DNA of 64,000 bases from assembly GCA_020161775.1 (NCBI GenBank), contig JAIUOW010000005.1, positions 80,209 through 144,208 of the forward strand, written 5' to 3'. Every line of letters begins with the position of its first letter. Position 1 is the first letter of the stretch. The notes beneath the pieces are model-generated. The model saw only the letters and a list, made by a program, of their open reading frames with translations, searched no databases and was not told the DNA's origin. The position numbers were made by a program, and so were the translations under genes. Positions 45,949 through 60,329 of the stretch are shown in pieces. The DNA comes from Pseudomonadota bacterium (GTDB lineage Bacteria > Pseudomonadota > Gammaproteobacteria > Burkholderiales > Burkholderiaceae_C).

Positions 45949-48900
45949 TTACCCCACCCAGCGCCTGGCGTTGTGCCAGATCTGCATCCAGGGGCTGTGG
46001 GCGCTGCGGTCGCCCGGCGTCCAGCTCATCTGGATGTTGCGGAACACGCGTTCGGGGTGTGGCATGAGCGCAGTAAAGCGGCCATCGGCCGTGGTCACGG
46101 AGGTCAGGCCGCCCGGGCTGCCATTGGGGTTGAAGGGATAAGCCTCGGTCGGTGCACCGGTGTTGTCCACATAGCGCATGGCGCCAATCACACGGGCCGG
46201 GTCGCCGCGGTGGGCGAAGTTGGCATAGCCCTCGCCATGCGCCACCGCGATCGGCAGCCGCGCGCCGGCCATGCCTGCGAAGAACAGGCTGGGTGATTCC
46301 AGCACCTCCACCATGGACAGGCGCGCCTCGAAGCGCTCGCTGCGGTTGGTGGTGAAACGCGGCCAGGCGTCGGCGCCCGGAATGATGTCGGCCAGCTCGG
46401 CAAACATCTGGCAGCCGTTGCACACACCCAGGCCGAAGGTGTCGGCGCGGCCAAAAAAGGCCTTGAACTGGTCGGCCAGCACCGGATTGAAGGTGATGCT
46501 GCGCGCCCAGCCGATGCCCGCGCCCAATGTGTCGCCGTAGCTGAAGCCGCCGCAGGCCACCACGCCCTTGAAGTCCGACAGGCGCGCCCTGCCCGCTTGC
46601 AGGTCGGTCATGTGCACGTCGTGGGCCTCAAAGCCCGCCTCGGTGAAGGTGTAGGCCATCTCCACATGCGAATTGACGCCCTGTTCGCGCAGGATCGCCA
46701 CCCTGGGCCGGGCGGTGTGGACAGCCGGCGCCGCAGGTGCGGCGGTGGCCATGGCGGCAGGCAGGAAAACGTGCAGGCCGGGGTTGGCCGGGTCACCGGC
46801 GGCGGCGTGCTCGGCATCGGCGCCCGCGGGGTTGTCGCGCTGGCGGCAGATCTTCCAGCTCACGCTGTCCCAGACCTGGTGCAGGTCGGACAGCTTCGCG
46901 CTGAACACGGCCTTGGTGTCGCGCCAGACCTGCAGTTCGCCCTTGCCCGCGTCCATCGTGGATGACGTGGGACGGGTCTTGCCGACGAAATGGCTGAAGG
47001 CGCTCAGCCCGTGCTCGCGCAAGGTCTGCATGACGGCGTTGCGTTCAGCCGTGCGCACCTGCAGCAGCACGCCCAGCTCTTCGCTGAACAGCGCCCGCAG
47101 CGTGAGCTCCTCGCGCCGGGCGCCCACCTGGCCGGCCCAGTTCTTGGCGTCACCGGTGTCCATGCGGCTGTCGTTGATGCCGTCGCCTTCCAGTACCAGC
47201 ATGTCCACGTTCAGCGCCACGCCCACATTGCCGGCAAAGGCCATTTCGGCGGCTGCCGCAAACAGGCCGCCGTCGCTGCGGTCGTGGTAAGCCAGCACCT
47301 GGCCTTTGGCGCGCAGCGCATTCACCGCGTTGACCAGGTTCACCAGGTCCTGCGGCTGCTCCAGGTCGGGCACGCCGGCAGCGTCGGTGCCGGCCTGGTT
47401 CAGCGTCTGTTCCAGCACGCTGCCGCCCAGGCGGTTCCGGCCGCGGCCCAGGTCCACCAGCACCAGCGTGGTGTCGGCCTCGGTGGCGTCCAGCTGCGGC
47501 GTGAACGTGCCGCGCACGTCGGCCAGCGAGGCAAACGCGCTGACGATCAGGCTGACGGGGGATGTGACCTTCATCTGGCTGTCACCGTCCTGCCATTGGG
47601 TGCGCATGGACAGGCTGTCCTTGCCCACCGGAATGCTGATGCCCAGCGCCGGGCACAGCTCCATGCCCACGGCACGGACCGTTTCATACAGGGCCGCGTC
47701 CTCGCCCGGTTCACCGCAGGCCGCCATCCAGTTGGCCGACAGCTTGACACGCGAAAGCTCGATCGGCGCTGCCAGCAGGTTGGTGATGGCCTCGGCCACC
47801 GCCATGCGGCCGGACGCCGGGGCGTTCATGGCAGCCAGCGGGGTGCGCTCGCCCATGCTCATGGCCTCGCCGGCAAAGCCGGTGAAGTCAGCCAGCGTGA
47901 CCGCGCAATCGGCCACGGGCACCTGCCAGGGGCCCACCATCTGGTCGCGGTGGCTCAAACCGCCCACGGTGCGGTCGCCGATGGTGATGAGGAAGCGCTT
48001 GGAAGCCACCGTCGGGTGGCTCAGCACGGCGATGGCGGCGTCCTGCAGCTTCACGCCCGTCAGATCCATCGGCTGGAACTGGCGGGCGATTGTCTTCACA
48101 TCGCGGTGCATCTTGGGCGGCTTGCCCAGCAGTACGTTCATAGGCATGTCCACGGGGCTGGCGGCGCCCTCGTCAGCCACGACCAGTTGCCGTTCTTCCG
48201 TCGCCACACCCACCACGGCGAACGGGCAGCGCTCCCGCTCGCAAAACGACTTGAACTGCTCCAGCGATTGCGGCGCGATCGCCATCACATAGCGTTCCTG
48301 GCTTTCGTTGCACCAGATTTCCTTCGGCGCCAGGCCGGATTCTTCCAGCGGCACGGCGCGCAGGTCAAAGCGCGCGCCGCGGCCCGCGTCGTTGGTCAGC
48401 TCCGGGAAGGCGTTGCTCAGGCCGCCCGCGCCCACGTCATGGATAGCCAGGATGGGGTTGGCATCCCCTTGTGCCCAGCAGTGGTTGATGACCTCCTGCG
48501 CGCGGCGCTCGATTTCCGGGTTGCCGCGCTGCACCGAGTCAAAGTCCAGCTCGGCGGCGTTGGCGCCCGTGGCCATGGAGCTGGCGGCACCGCCACCCAT
48601 GCCGATGCGCATGCCCGGCCCGCCCAGCTGGATCAGCAGCGTGCCCGGCGGGAATTCAATTTTCTGGGTCAATCGCGCGTCGATCGTACCCAGGCCGCCG
48701 GCGATCATGATGGGCTTGTGGTAGCCACGGCGGATGCTGTCCACGTCGCTGGTGACGGTCTGCTCGTACTCGCGGAAGTAGCCCAGCAGGTTGGGACGGC
48801 CGAATTCGTTGTTGAATGCGGCGCCGCCCAGCGGGCCTTCGGTCATGATCTGCAGGGGGCTGGCAATGTGGCCGGGCTTGCCTAAGGCGTCGCCTGATGC

Positions 48901-49950
48901 TTCGGGCCAGAGCTTTGATACGGTGAACCCTGTCAGGCCCGCCTTGGGCCGGGAGCCACGGCCCGTGGCGCCTTCGTCGCGGATTTCGCCGCCCGCGCCG
49001 GTGCTGGCGCCGGGGAATGGGCTGATGGCCGTGGGATGGTTGTGCGTCTCGACCTTCATCAGCACATGGTGCGTGGCCGCCGTGGTGCCGTAGCGGCGGT
49101 CATTGCCCGGCCAGAAGCGCTGCACTTGGCCGCCCTCCATGACCGAGGCGTTGTCTGAATAGGCCACCACGGTGTGCTGCGGGCTGGTCTGGTGGGTGTG
49201 GCGGATCATGCCGAACATGCTCTTGTCCTGCGCCACGCCGTCAATGGTGAAGGCCGCGTTGAAGATCTTGTGGCGGCAGTGTTCGCTGTTGGCCTGGGCG
49301 AACATCATCAGTTCCACATCCGTGGGGTTGCGCGCCAGGCCGGTGAACGCAGCCAGCAGGTAGTCAATCTCGTCGTCGGCCAGTGCCAGGCCGAACTGGG
49401 TGTTGGCGTGCACCAGCGCGGGGCGGCCACCGCCCAGGACGTCCACGTACTCCATGGGGGCGGGTTGCAGCTCGGTGAACAGGTTGAGCGCCTGCGCCCG
49501 GTCGAACATGGCGCTTTCAGTCATGCGGTCGTGCAGCAGGCCCGCCACGGCGGCGCGCTGGGCGTCGCCCAGGGCGCCGCCGCCCAGCAGGCCGGTCTTG
49601 ACCGTCAGCCGGTATTCGGTAATGCGCTCCACCCGCTTGATGGCGATGCCGCAGTTGTGGGCGATGTCGGTGGCCTTGCTTGCCCAGGGCGACACAGTGC
49701 CGAAACGGGGCGTGACGACGATCAGCTCGCCGTCGATGGGGCCGCTGTACGGGTCGCCGTAGACCAGCAGCGAGGCCAGCCGGGCCTTGTCGCCCTCAGG
49801 CGGCGGGGTGTCTGATGCCACCAGGTGCACATGGCGCGCCGCGATCCCGGTGATGCGGTCATGGATGGCTTGCAGGCGCGGAAGAAGTTGCTGGACTCGG
49901 AAGTCGCTGAGGGCGTTGCCGCCCTCAAACTGGGTGATGTGCAGGGTCAC
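45949..49950 (-). CDS. purL: phosphoribosylformylglycinamidine synthase (single-chain large PurL)
   Basis: 1333 aa, starting [24 protein letters not shown]-terminal glutaminase domain with GVCNGCQMF. Confidence 0.95.
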   Translation of the reverse strand: MTLHITQFEGGNALSDFRVQQLLPRLQAIHDRITGIAARHVHLVASDTPPPEGDKARLASLLVYGDPYSGPIDGELIVVTPRFGTVSPWASKATDIAHNCGIAIKRVERITEYRLTVKTGLLGGGALGDAQRAAVAGLLHDRMTESAMFDRAQALNLFTELQPAPMEYVDVLGGGRPALVHANTQFGLALADDEIDYLLAAFTGLARNPTDVELMMFAQANSEHCRHKIFNAAFTIDGVAQDKSMFGMIRHTHQTSPQHTVVAYSDNASVMEGGQVQRFWPGNDRRYGTTAATHHVLMKVETHNHPTAISPFPGASTGAGGEIRDEGATGRGSRPKAGLTGFTVSKLWPEASGDALGKPGHIASPLQIMTEGPLGGAAFNNEFGRPNLLGYFREYEQTVTSDVDSIRRGYHKPIMIAGGLGTIDARLTQKIEFPPGTLLIQLGGPGMRIGMGGGAASSMATGANAAELDFDSVQRGNPEIERRAQEVINHCWAQGDANPILAIHDVGAGGLSNAFPELTNDAGRGARFDLRAVPLEESGLAPKEIWCNESQERYVMAIAPQSLEQFKSFCERERCPFAVVGVATEERQLVVADEGAASPVDMPMNVLLGKPPKMHRDVKTIARQFQPMDLTGVKLQDAAIAVLSHPTVASKRFLITIGDRTVGGLSHRDQMVGPWQVPVADCAVTLADFTGFAGEAMSMGERTPLAAMNAPASGRMAVAEAITNLLAAPIELSRVKLSANWMAACGEPGEDAALYETVRAVGMELCPALGISIPVGKDSLSMRTQWQDGDSQMKVTSPVSLIVSAFASLADVRGTFTPQLDATEADTTLVLVDLGRGRNRLGGSVLEQTLNQAGTDAAGVPDLEQPQDLVNLVNAVNALRAKGQVLAYHDRSDGGLFAAAAEMAFAGNVGVALNVDMLVLEGDGINDSRMDTGDAKNWAGQVGARREELTLRALFSEELGVLLQVRTAERNAVMQTLREHGLSAFSHFVGKTRPTSSTMDAGKGELQVWRDTKAVFSAKLSDLHQVWDSVSWKICRQRDNPAGADAEHAAAGDPANPGLHVFLPAAMATAAPAAPAVHTARPRVAILREQGVNSHVEMAYTFTEAGFEAHDVHMTDLQAGRARLSDFKGVVACGGFSYGDTLGAGIGWARSITFNPVLADQFKAFFGRADTFGLGVCNGCQMFAELADIIPGADAWPRFTTNRSERFEARLSMVEVLESPSLFFAGMAGARLPIAVAHGEGYANFAHRGDPARVIGAMRYVDNTGAPTEAYPFNPNGSPGGLTSVTTADGRFTALMPHPERVFRNIQMSWTPGDRSAHSPWMQIWHNARRWVG

Positions 49951-50066
49951 GTGGTGGCCTTGAGGAGGTCTTGGAAACCGGTCCGGCGCCGCGCTGAATG
50001 GGCAGCCCCGTGAAAACCCTTGATTCTACCTGCGGGGAATTTCATCGAATGGGATAATCCTGCCCC

Positions 50067-50897
50067 ATGAGCATTACCTACAAAGACGCCGAAGGGGTGC
50101 GCGGCATGCGCGAGGCCTGCCGGCTGGCCTCCGAGGTGCTGGACTACCTGACGCCACACGTCAAGCCCGGCGTCACCACGCGTGAAATCGACCGCCTGGC
50201 CGCTGACTACATGGTCAACGTCCAGGGCACGAAATCTGCCACGCTGGGCTACCAGCCACCCGGCTACCCGCCCTACCCGGCGTCGCTGTGCACCTCGCTC
50301 AACCACGTGGTGTGCCACGGCATCCCCAACGACAAGCCGCTCAAGAAGGGCGACATCATGAACATTGATGTCACCGTGATCACCAGGGACGGCTGGTTTG
50401 GCGACAACAGCCGCATGTACATCATTGGCGACGCCTCCATCGCCGCCAAACGCCTGTGCGCCATCACCTATGAAGCCATGTGGCACGGCATCGTGCGCGT
50501 CAAGCCCGGCGCGCGGCTGGGTGACATCGGCTTTGCCATCCAGAAATTCGCTGAAAGCAACGGCTACAGCGTGGTGCGCGAATTCTGCGGCCACGGCATC
50601 GGCAAGGTCTTTCACGAAGAGCCGCAGGTGCTGCACTACGGCAAGCCCGGCACGCTGGAAGAGCTCAAGCCCGGCATGACCTTCACCATCGAGCCCATGA
50701 TCAACGCCGGGCGCAAGGACATCAAGGAAATGGGCGATGGCTGGACCATCGTCACCAAGGACCATTCGCTGTCCGCCCAGTGGGAACACACCATCCTGGT
50801 GACCGAGACCGGCTACGAGGTGCTGACGCTGTCCGCCGGCAGCCCGCCGCCGCCGGCCTTCGTGGCGGCCGCAGCCCCAGCCCCCGCCACGGCATAG
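50067..50897 (+). CDS. map: type I methionine aminopeptidase
   Basis: Metal-ligand motifs [23 protein letters not shown] and TIEPMIN, plus [10 protein letters not shown]. Confidence 0.93.
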   Translation: MSITYKDAEGVRGMREACRLASEVLDYLTPHVKPGVTTREIDRLAADYMVNVQGTKSATLGYQPPGYPPYPASLCTSLNHVVCHGIPNDKPLKKGDIMNIDVTVITRDGWFGDNSRMYIIGDASIAAKRLCAITYEAMWHGIVRVKPGARLGDIGFAIQKFAESNGYSVVREFCGHGIGKVFHEEPQVLHYGKPGTLEELKPGMTFTIEPMINAGRKDIKEMGDGWTIVTKDHSLSAQWEHTILVTETGYEVLTLSAGSPPPPAFVAAAAPAPATA

Positions 50898-50901
50898 GGC
50901 C

Positions 50902-53544
50902 ATGGCCAACCACCAGGCGAGCGAGGCGCCTCAGCGGCCCCACGGGACCCAGCCAGCCCAGGCGCTGCGCGACGGCTACCGCGCCAAAAAGGCCGCGCTG
51001 CTGCAGACGGTGCAGGCCAGCGGCGCGTCCACGCGGGGCATCCGCCGGCTGCTGCAGCAGCTGGCGGGGCTGGCCGACGAGGCCTTGCGCGCGCTGTGGG
51101 ACCACGCGGGCTTCCCGCCGGGCTTCGCGCTGATCGCCGTGGGCGGCTTTGGCCGTGGCGAGCTGTTTCCCCACTCCGACGTGGACGTTCTGCTGCTCAT
51201 GCCCGATGGCGTATCGCCCGACGCCGACGAGGCCCTCAAGCGCAAGCTCGAAGGCTTCATTGGCAGCTGCTGGGACAGCGGGCTTGAAATCGGCTCCAGC
51301 GTGCGCACGCTGGCCGATTGCGTGGCCGAGGCCGCCAAGGACGTGACGGTGCAGACCTCGCTGCTGGAATCCCGCCTGGTAGCCGGCAACCGCAGGCTGT
51401 ACGGCCAGTTTGCCCGCCAGTTCGAGGCCGGCATCGACCCGCAGGCGTTCTTCGTGGCCAAGACGCTGGAGCTGCGCCAGCGCCACACCAAGTTTGAAAA
51501 CACGCCCTATTCGCTGGAGCCCAACTGCAAGGAATCCCCCGGCGGCCTGCGCGACCTGCAGGTCATCCTGTGGGTGGCCCGGGCAGCCGGCTTTGGCAAG
51601 ACCTGGGACGAGCTGGCCAAAAGCGGCCTGGCCACGCCATTCGAGGCACTGCAGATCAAGCGCAACGAAGCGCTGCTGAGCCTGATCCGCGCGCGGCTGC
51701 ACCTGCTGGCCCACCGGCGCGAGGACCGGCTGGTGTTTGACCTGCAGACCGCCGTGGCGGAATCATTCGGCTACACCAACGACATGTCGCCCGACGGCCG
51801 GCTGGTGGCCCGCGCGAGCGAGGCGCTCATGAAGCGCTATTACTGGGCGGCCAAGGCCGTGACCCAGCTCAACCAGATCCTGCTGCTGAACATCGAGGAA
51901 CGGCTGAACCCCAGCACCCACGAGCCACGCCCGATCAACGGCCGTTTTTCGGACAAGGCCGGCATGCTGGAGGTGGCCAGCGACGACCTGTACCAGAAGA
52001 ACCCGCACGCGATCCTGGAAACCTTTTTGCTGTACCAGCGCACCGTGGGCATCAAGGGCCTGTCGGCACGCACGCTGCGCGCGCTGTACAACGCGCGCGA
52101 CATCATGGACAGCAAGTTCCGCAACGACCCGGTGAACCACCAGCTGTTCATGGCCATCCTGCAGGAGCCCAAGGGCATCACGCACGCCATGCGGCTGATG
52201 AACCAGACCTCGGTGCTGGGGCGCTACCTGTGGGTGTTCCGCAAGATCGTGGGCCAGATGCAGCACGACCTGTTCCACGTGTACACGGTGGACCAGCACA
52301 TCCTCATGGTGCTGCGCAATGTGCGGCGGTTCTTCATCGTCGAGCACGCCCATGAATACCCGTTCTGCTCGCAGCTGGCCGCCGGCTGGGACAAGCCCTG
52401 GATCCTGTACGCGGCGGCGCTTTTCCATGACATTGCCAAGGGCCGTGGCGGCGACCATTCCGAGCTGGGCGCGCGCGACGTGCGGGCCTTTTGCCGCCAG
52501 CACGGCGTGCACCGCGATGAATGCAGGCTCATTGAATTCCTGGTGCACGAGCACCTGACCATGAGCCGCATTGCCCAGAAGGAAGACCTGAGCAACCCCG
52601 ATGTGATTGCCGCCTTTGCCAAGCGCGTGGGCAACGAACGCTACCTGACGGCGCTGTACCTGCTGACGGTGGCCGACATCCGCGGCACCAGCCCCAAGGT
52701 CTGGAACGCCTGGAAAGGCAAGCTGCTGGAAGACCTGTACCGCTACACGCTGCGCGTGCTGGGTGGCCGTGCGCCCGACCCGGACGCCGAGGTCGAAGCG
52801 CGCAAGCGCGACGCGCTGGTCATGCTGGCGCTGCACGCGCTGCCCCATGAAGCCCACAAGAAGCTCTGGGACACCCTGGACGTGGGCTACTTCATGCGCC
52901 ACGACGCGGGCGACATCGCCTGGCACACGCGCATGCTGTCACGCCATGTGGGCACGGCCAAATGCATCGTGCGCGCGCGCCGCTCTGCCGTGGGCGAAGG
53001 CCTGCAGGTGCTGGTGTACACGCCCGACCAGACCGACCTGTTTGCCCGCATCTGCGGCTACTTTGACCAGGCCGGCTTCAGCATCCTGGACGCCAAGGTC
53101 CACACCGCCGCCAACGGCTATGCGCTGGACACCTTCCAGGTCGTGACGCCCATGCTGCCCGAGCACTACCGCGAGCTGATTGGCATGGTCGAAAGCGAGC
53201 TGGACCACACCATTGAAGAGCCTGGCCCCCTGCCCCCGCCCAGCCGCGGGCGGGTTTCGCGCAGGGTCAAGAGCTTTCCGGTGGCGCCCCGTGTGCAACT
53301 GGCGCCGGACGAAAAGGCCCAGCGCTGGCTGCTGAGCATCTCGGCCAGCGACCGCGCAGGCCTGCTGTACAGCGTGGCCCGCGTGCTGGCCCGCCACAAG
53401 CTGAACCTGCAGCTGGCCAAGGTCACCACGCTGGGCGAGCGGGTGGAAGACACCTTCCTGATCGACGGGCCCGAACTGCAGCAGAACAGGGCGCAGATCG
53501 AGATAGAAACCGAGCTGCTGGAGGCGCTGGCTCCGGCCACCTGA
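50902..53544 (+). CDS. glnD: [protein-PII] uridylyltransferase / uridylyl-removing enzyme
   Basis: Nucleotidyltransferase motif [21 protein letters not shown], an HD domain ([13 protein letters not shown]) and two C-terminal ACT domains. Conserved map-glnD adjacency. Confidence 0.93.
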   Translation: MANHQASEAPQRPHGTQPAQALRDGYRAKKAALLQTVQASGASTRGIRRLLQQLAGLADEALRALWDHAGFPPGFALIAVGGFGRGELFPHSDVDVLLLMPDGVSPDADEALKRKLEGFIGSCWDSGLEIGSSVRTLADCVAEAAKDVTVQTSLLESRLVAGNRRLYGQFARQFEAGIDPQAFFVAKTLELRQRHTKFENTPYSLEPNCKESPGGLRDLQVILWVARAAGFGKTWDELAKSGLATPFEALQIKRNEALLSLIRARLHLLAHRREDRLVFDLQTAVAESFGYTNDMSPDGRLVARASEALMKRYYWAAKAVTQLNQILLLNIEERLNPSTHEPRPINGRFSDKAGMLEVASDDLYQKNPHAILETFLLYQRTVGIKGLSARTLRALYNARDIMDSKFRNDPVNHQLFMAILQEPKGITHAMRLMNQTSVLGRYLWVFRKIVGQMQHDLFHVYTVDQHILMVLRNVRRFFIVEHAHEYPFCSQLAAGWDKPWILYAAALFHDIAKGRGGDHSELGARDVRAFCRQHGVHRDECRLIEFLVHEHLTMSRIAQKEDLSNPDVIAAFAKRVGNERYLTALYLLTVADIRGTSPKVWNAWKGKLLEDLYRYTLRVLGGRAPDPDAEVEARKRDALVMLALHALPHEAHKKLWDTLDVGYFMRHDAGDIAWHTRMLSRHVGTAKCIVRARRSAVGEGLQVLVYTPDQTDLFARICGYFDQAGFSILDAKVHTAANGYALDTFQVVTPMLPEHYRELIGMVESELDHTIEEPGPLPPPSRGRVSRRVKSFPVAPRVQLAPDEKAQRWLLSISASDRAGLLYSVARVLARHKLNLQLAKVTTLGERVEDTFLIDGPELQQNRAQIEIETELLEALAPAT

Positions 53545-53588
53545 CGAAACCCTCTGCGGGCCGCCGCTTTGCAGAGGACTCCCCCCGG

Positions 53589-53615
53589 GCACAACGATCC
53601 GCAATCGCGTTGTGC
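53589..53615. terminator. hairpin between convergent genes (possible terminator)
   Basis: GCACAACG-(11 nt)-CGTTGTGC. A second hairpin, CCTCTGC-(13 nt)-GCAGAGG, lies at 53551-53577. No clear T-run. Confidence 0.3.
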
Positions 53616-53628
53616 ACATGCGATCAAT

Positions 53629-55596
53629 TCATCCGCCAGCACCTTGGGCCGCGCACCATGCAGTCCAGGCATGGCGCAAATTTGCTTCCATCTCGCGTGC
53701 AAATGCTGTTTTGTCACACAGGCGCGAGGCCGCCATTGTGTCCCGCAGCATTGAGCGCCAGTGGATGAGCGCCGCTGGATCCCCGGCCAGCTGTACAGCG
53801 CGTCCCACGTAGTCCTTTGCCGATGCCGCCACCCATTCGGACCGGCCGATGTGCGTCAGGAGGCTGGCGCCAACCCGGGCCGCATGCCGGTCCCCCATCA
53901 GACACACGACCGGAACCCCCATCCAGAGTGCCTCGCATGTCGTTGTCGCTCCGTTGTATGGAAACGGATCCAGGGCAATATCCATGTCGTTGTACAGAGA
54001 CAGGTGATCAGTCACGCTGTCCAGCATTCCGAGTATGTTGATGCGTTGCGCCGCAATGCCCCGCTGCCCGAACTGCCCTACCAGCGCATCACGCGTCGCG
54101 GCGTCGGAAAACGCCTTGCCCTTGAGCAACAGCCGTGACCCCTTGACTTCGCGCAAGACCTGGGCCCAAGCCTCGATGGCTTGGATGCTCAACTTGCTGG
54201 GGTTGTTGAAGGACCCGAAAGTAACGTAACCGTTGCGCAAGAGGGGTGGATCGCAAGGCTTGGGCGCAACGGGCGGCGGTTTGTAACATAAAAATCCATG
54301 AGCCAGCCGCAACAGCTTTTCCGTGGTCAGCGAAGGCACTCCCCCATCCGGGGGATCACTGATGGCGTCAACGATGCGATAGTCCATGGCCCGCAGGCCT
54401 GTGCTGTGCGGATAGCCAAGCCAATTGATCTGCACTGGCGCCGGCTTGGCGCTGAACACCTGCAGACGGTTGCCGGCGGTGTGACCCGCGAGGTCCACCA
54501 GGATGTCAATGCCGTCCGCCCGAATGAGTTCTGCCATTTCGGCATCGCCCATTCGCGTGGTGTCGCGCCAATGGGACACTAACGACTGAAGGCGGCGTGT
54601 CACCGCATCCGGCTGCGCCACCTGTGAATAGCAGAACACTTCAAAACTGCCGGCGTCGAAGGCTTCGAACAGCGGCTCCACGAAGAACGCCACGGAATGC
54701 CGCCGGAAGTCGGGCGACACGTACCCGACACGCAACTTCCGCCCAAGGTCAGGGTTGTTGGCATGCGTGGCGGTGATCGCGCCAGCAAACCGTCTGTCCC
54801 ATAGCTGATGGGCGTCAAGCACTTGCTGCGGTGTGACGCCGCCGTGGTAGTTGAGACAGAACAACAAGTTGCTGAAAGCGGCCCGGTAGCCGGGACGCAA
54901 AGCCAGCGCGCGCGTGTACAGCTCTATGGCCTCCTCGTGCCGCGCCTGTTCCATGCGCACGTTGCCCAGGTTGTACAGGGCCTCGGGATAGTCGGGCGAA
55001 ACCGCGAGTGCTTTCTGGTAATACGAGGCCGCCGCCGCCAGGCGTCCCTGGTCGGCCATCACACTGCCCAGGTTGGACCATGCTTGCGGAAAAACCGGCT
55101 GTAACTGCAAAGCGCGCTCGCAACACTCAACGGCCCTGTCGGGTTCACCGCATTCGCGCAGCGCACTGCCCAGGTTGGACCACGCGTTCGCGAGCGCGGG
55201 ATCCAGCGCCAGTGCCCGCTCGTAACTGCCCACCGCCTCCTCCAGCCGGCCGCGTTCGCGAAGCACCGCGCCAAGGTTGGCATGGTAGGTCGCCACAGCG
55301 CCGTTGAGGTCAATGGCCTGCTCAATCAGCTGTTGGGCAGCGCCTGTGTCCCCGCGTTGTTGAGCCAGTACCCCCATCAGATGCATTGCATCTGCATGTT
55401 CCGGATCAAGTGAAAGGATTTGCTGATAGACGGCCTGCGCCCGTGCAAGCTCGCCGGCCCGGTGCAAAGCCAACGCATCGGCCAGCAGCGGTTGTAGAAG
55501 TGAAGTTTCCACCACGGAATCCCGCGTCCTGTCAGTCGTCTGCCGCGTCCAGCCCGGGAAACAGCACCTCGGTGAAGCCGAATTTCGTGAAGTCAC
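53629..55596 (-). CDS. TPR-repeat protein fused to a SPINDLY/O-GlcNAc-transferase-like (GT41-like) C-terminal domain
   Basis: About seven TPR units in the N-terminal half (e.g. [30 protein letters not shown]). The C-terminal half has [17 protein letters not shown]... and ...[16 protein letters not shown], typical of GT41-like transferases. ATG 55596 overlaps def by 65 nt; GTG 55515 or 55512 are alternative starts. Confidence 0.75.
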   Translation of the reverse strand: MTSRNSASPRCCFPGWTRQTTDRTRDSVVETSLLQPLLADALALHRAGELARAQAVYQQILSLDPEHADAMHLMGVLAQQRGDTGAAQQLIEQAIDLNGAVATYHANLGAVLRERGRLEEAVGSYERALALDPALANAWSNLGSALRECGEPDRAVECCERALQLQPVFPQAWSNLGSVMADQGRLAAAASYYQKALAVSPDYPEALYNLGNVRMEQARHEEAIELYTRALALRPGYRAAFSNLLFCLNYHGGVTPQQVLDAHQLWDRRFAGAITATHANNPDLGRKLRVGYVSPDFRRHSVAFFVEPLFEAFDAGSFEVFCYSQVAQPDAVTRRLQSLVSHWRDTTRMGDAEMAELIRADGIDILVDLAGHTAGNRLQVFSAKPAPVQINWLGYPHSTGLRAMDYRIVDAISDPPDGGVPSLTTEKLLRLAHGFLCYKPPPVAPKPCDPPLLRNGYVTFGSFNNPSKLSIQAIEAWAQVLREVKGSRLLLKGKAFSDAATRDALVGQFGQRGIAAQRINILGMLDSVTDHLSLYNDMDIALDPFPYNGATTTCEALWMGVPVVCLMGDRHAARVGASLLTHIGRSEWVAASAKDYVGRAVQLAGDPAALIHWRSMLRDTMAASRLCDKTAFAREMEANLRHAWTAWCAAQGAGG

Positions 55597-56068
55597 GAAC
55601 GCGCATGGGATACAGCTTGCCGATCAGGTGATCGCATTCATGCTGCACCACCCTGGCATGGAAACCCTCCGCCACGCGATCAATCGGGTCGCCGTAGGGA
55701 TCAAACCCGGTGTAGCGGATGCGCGACCAGCGCGGCACCACGCCACGCAGGCCCGGCACCGACAGGCAGCCTTCCCAGCCATCCTCCTCGGCATCCCCCA
55801 GCGGAGTGATCACCGGGTTGATCAGCACGGTGCGCGGCACGGGCGGTGCATCCGGGTAACGCGGGTTGACGGCGTCTGTCCCGAAAATCACCAGTTGCAG
55901 GTCCACCCCGATCTGGGGCGCGGCCAGGCCGGCGCCGTTGACAGCGTGCATGGTCTCGAACATGTCGCGCACCAGCAGGTGCAGCTCGGGCGTGTCAAAC
56001 GCCGGTACGGGCTGGGCCACGCGCAAAAGGCGCGGGTCACCCATCTTGAGAATTTCGTGAACGGTCAT
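55532..56068 (-). CDS. def: peptide deformylase
   Basis: Start [15 protein letters not shown]. Motifs [18 protein letters not shown] and QHECDHL. The ORF-track N-terminal extension is rejected. Confidence 0.93.
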   Translation of the reverse strand: MTVHEILKMGDPRLLRVAQPVPAFDTPELHLLVRDMFETMHAVNGAGLAAPQIGVDLQLVIFGTDAVNPRYPDAPPVPRTVLINPVITPLGDAEEDGWEGCLSVPGLRGVVPRWSRIRYTGFDPYGDPIDRVAEGFHARVVQHECDHLIGKLYPMRVRDFTKFGFTEVLFPGLDAADD

Positions 56069-56116
56069 AAGGCGCGCTGGAGCCCAAAACTTCGAGCATA
56101 GCGGCACAATGCTCTG

Positions 56117-56590
56117 GTGCCACCTGAACCCCTGAGCGTCGCCAACACCCCCGCCCAGCCAGCGCCGGCACCCCTGCCCGCCCCGCTGCCAACGCCGGTT
56201 CGCTGGCTGCTGCTGACAGTCGCCGTGGTCAGCCTGGCGCTGGGCTTGGTGGGCCTGTTCCTGCCCGTGGTGCCCACGGTGCCGTTCCTGCTGCTGTCGG
56301 CCTGGGCTGCGGCGCGCAGCTCGCCGCGGCTGCTGGCCTGGCTTGAGAGCCATCCGCACTTCGGCCGGTCCCTGCGCGACTGGCGCCATGGAGGCGTCGT
56401 GCGCCGCCGCGCCAAATGGACCGCCGCCGTGGTCATGAGCGCCAGTGCCGTGTCGCTTTTGTGGTTTGTGACGAACCGCTGGGCTGCCTGGCTGGCCATT
56501 GCCTGCATGGCGGTGGTGCTGGTGTGGCTGTGGACGCGGCCGGAAAGTGCCCCTTCGCAAGCCAGCCCGGCAAACGCCAGTGACCGCTGA
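56117..56590 (+). CDS. DUF454 (YbaN) family inner membrane protein
   Basis: [44 protein letters not shown] matches the YbaN pattern. GTG start; the exact start is uncertain. Confidence 0.7.
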   Translation: MPPEPLSVANTPAQPAPAPLPAPLPTPVRWLLLTVAVVSLALGLVGLFLPVVPTVPFLLLSAWAAARSSPRLLAWLESHPHFGRSLRDWRHGGVVRRRAKWTAAVVMSASAVSLLWFVTNRWAAWLAIACMAVVLVWLWTRPESAPSQASPANASDR

Positions 56591-56595
56591 CGGCG

Positions 56596-56856
56596 CTATT
56601 CGCCGTAGTGGTAGATGCAGCTGAGGATGACGAGCGTCCTGCCGTTCACCCGGTACACCAGCCTGTGCCGGTCGTTGATGCGGCGTGACCAGCAACCCGC
56701 CAGTTGGTGCCGCAGGGGTTCGGGCTTTCCGATGCCTGCAAAAGGCTCGCGGGTTACCGCTTCAATCAGGTCAAGCGTGCGGCTGAACAGCTTGCGGTCA
56801 AGCTTGCGCAGCTCCTGAAATTCCGCCCAGGCTGTGGGCGTGAACTGGATGTCCAT
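56596..56856 (-). CDS. yoeB: type II toxin YoeB (Txe/YoeB family mRNA interferase)
   Basis: 86 aa, with [10 protein letters not shown]...[30 protein letters not shown]...[10 protein letters not shown]. Confidence 0.9.
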   Translation of the reverse strand: MDIQFTPTAWAEFQELRKLDRKLFSRTLDLIEAVTREPFAGIGKPEPLRHQLAGCWSRRINDRHRLVYRVNGRTLVILSCIYHYGE

Positions 56857-56866
56857 GGCCGCGGGT

Positions 56867-57139
56867 TCAGCGGGCGGCCAGTTTGTGTAGCTGCGACAGG
56901 GCTTTGGGTTGCGCCTTGCCGCGATTGGCTTCGTCCAGCGACTTCATGAGTTTGCGCGCGTTGGCGGGGCTGCTCAGCAGGTAGGCAGTTTCCTCCCAGG
57001 CCTGGAAGTCCTCCAGCGACATCATCACCACGGCGCCGCCGTTCTGGCGGGTGATGATCACCGGCTCATGGTCTTCGATGGTCTTGTCCATCGTGGCCGT
57101 GAGATGGTTTCTGGCGTGGGTGTACGTGATGGCTTGCAT
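56867..57139 (-). CDS. yefM: type II antitoxin YefM (Phd/YefM family)
   Basis: [55 protein letters not shown]. It ends 10 nt upstream of yoeB. An alternative start lies 3 codons upstream. Confidence 0.9.
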   Translation of the reverse strand: MQAITYTHARNHLTATMDKTIEDHEPVIITRQNGGAVVMMSLEDFQAWEETAYLLSSPANARKLMKSLDEANRGKAQPKALSQLHKLAAR

Positions 57140-57197
57140 GCCAAACATTGTACAGAAACAAGGACAGGCCAGGGACGGCCCCGGACCGACAGCGTTG

Positions 57198-60319
<3,122 letters not shown>

Positions 60320-60329
60320 ACCTGTGCCC

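Noticed and set aside
49947-51714. Two 320-aa minus-strand ORFs opposite map and glnD
   Set aside because: They are antisense to two highly recognisable housekeeping genes and show shadow-ORF composition.
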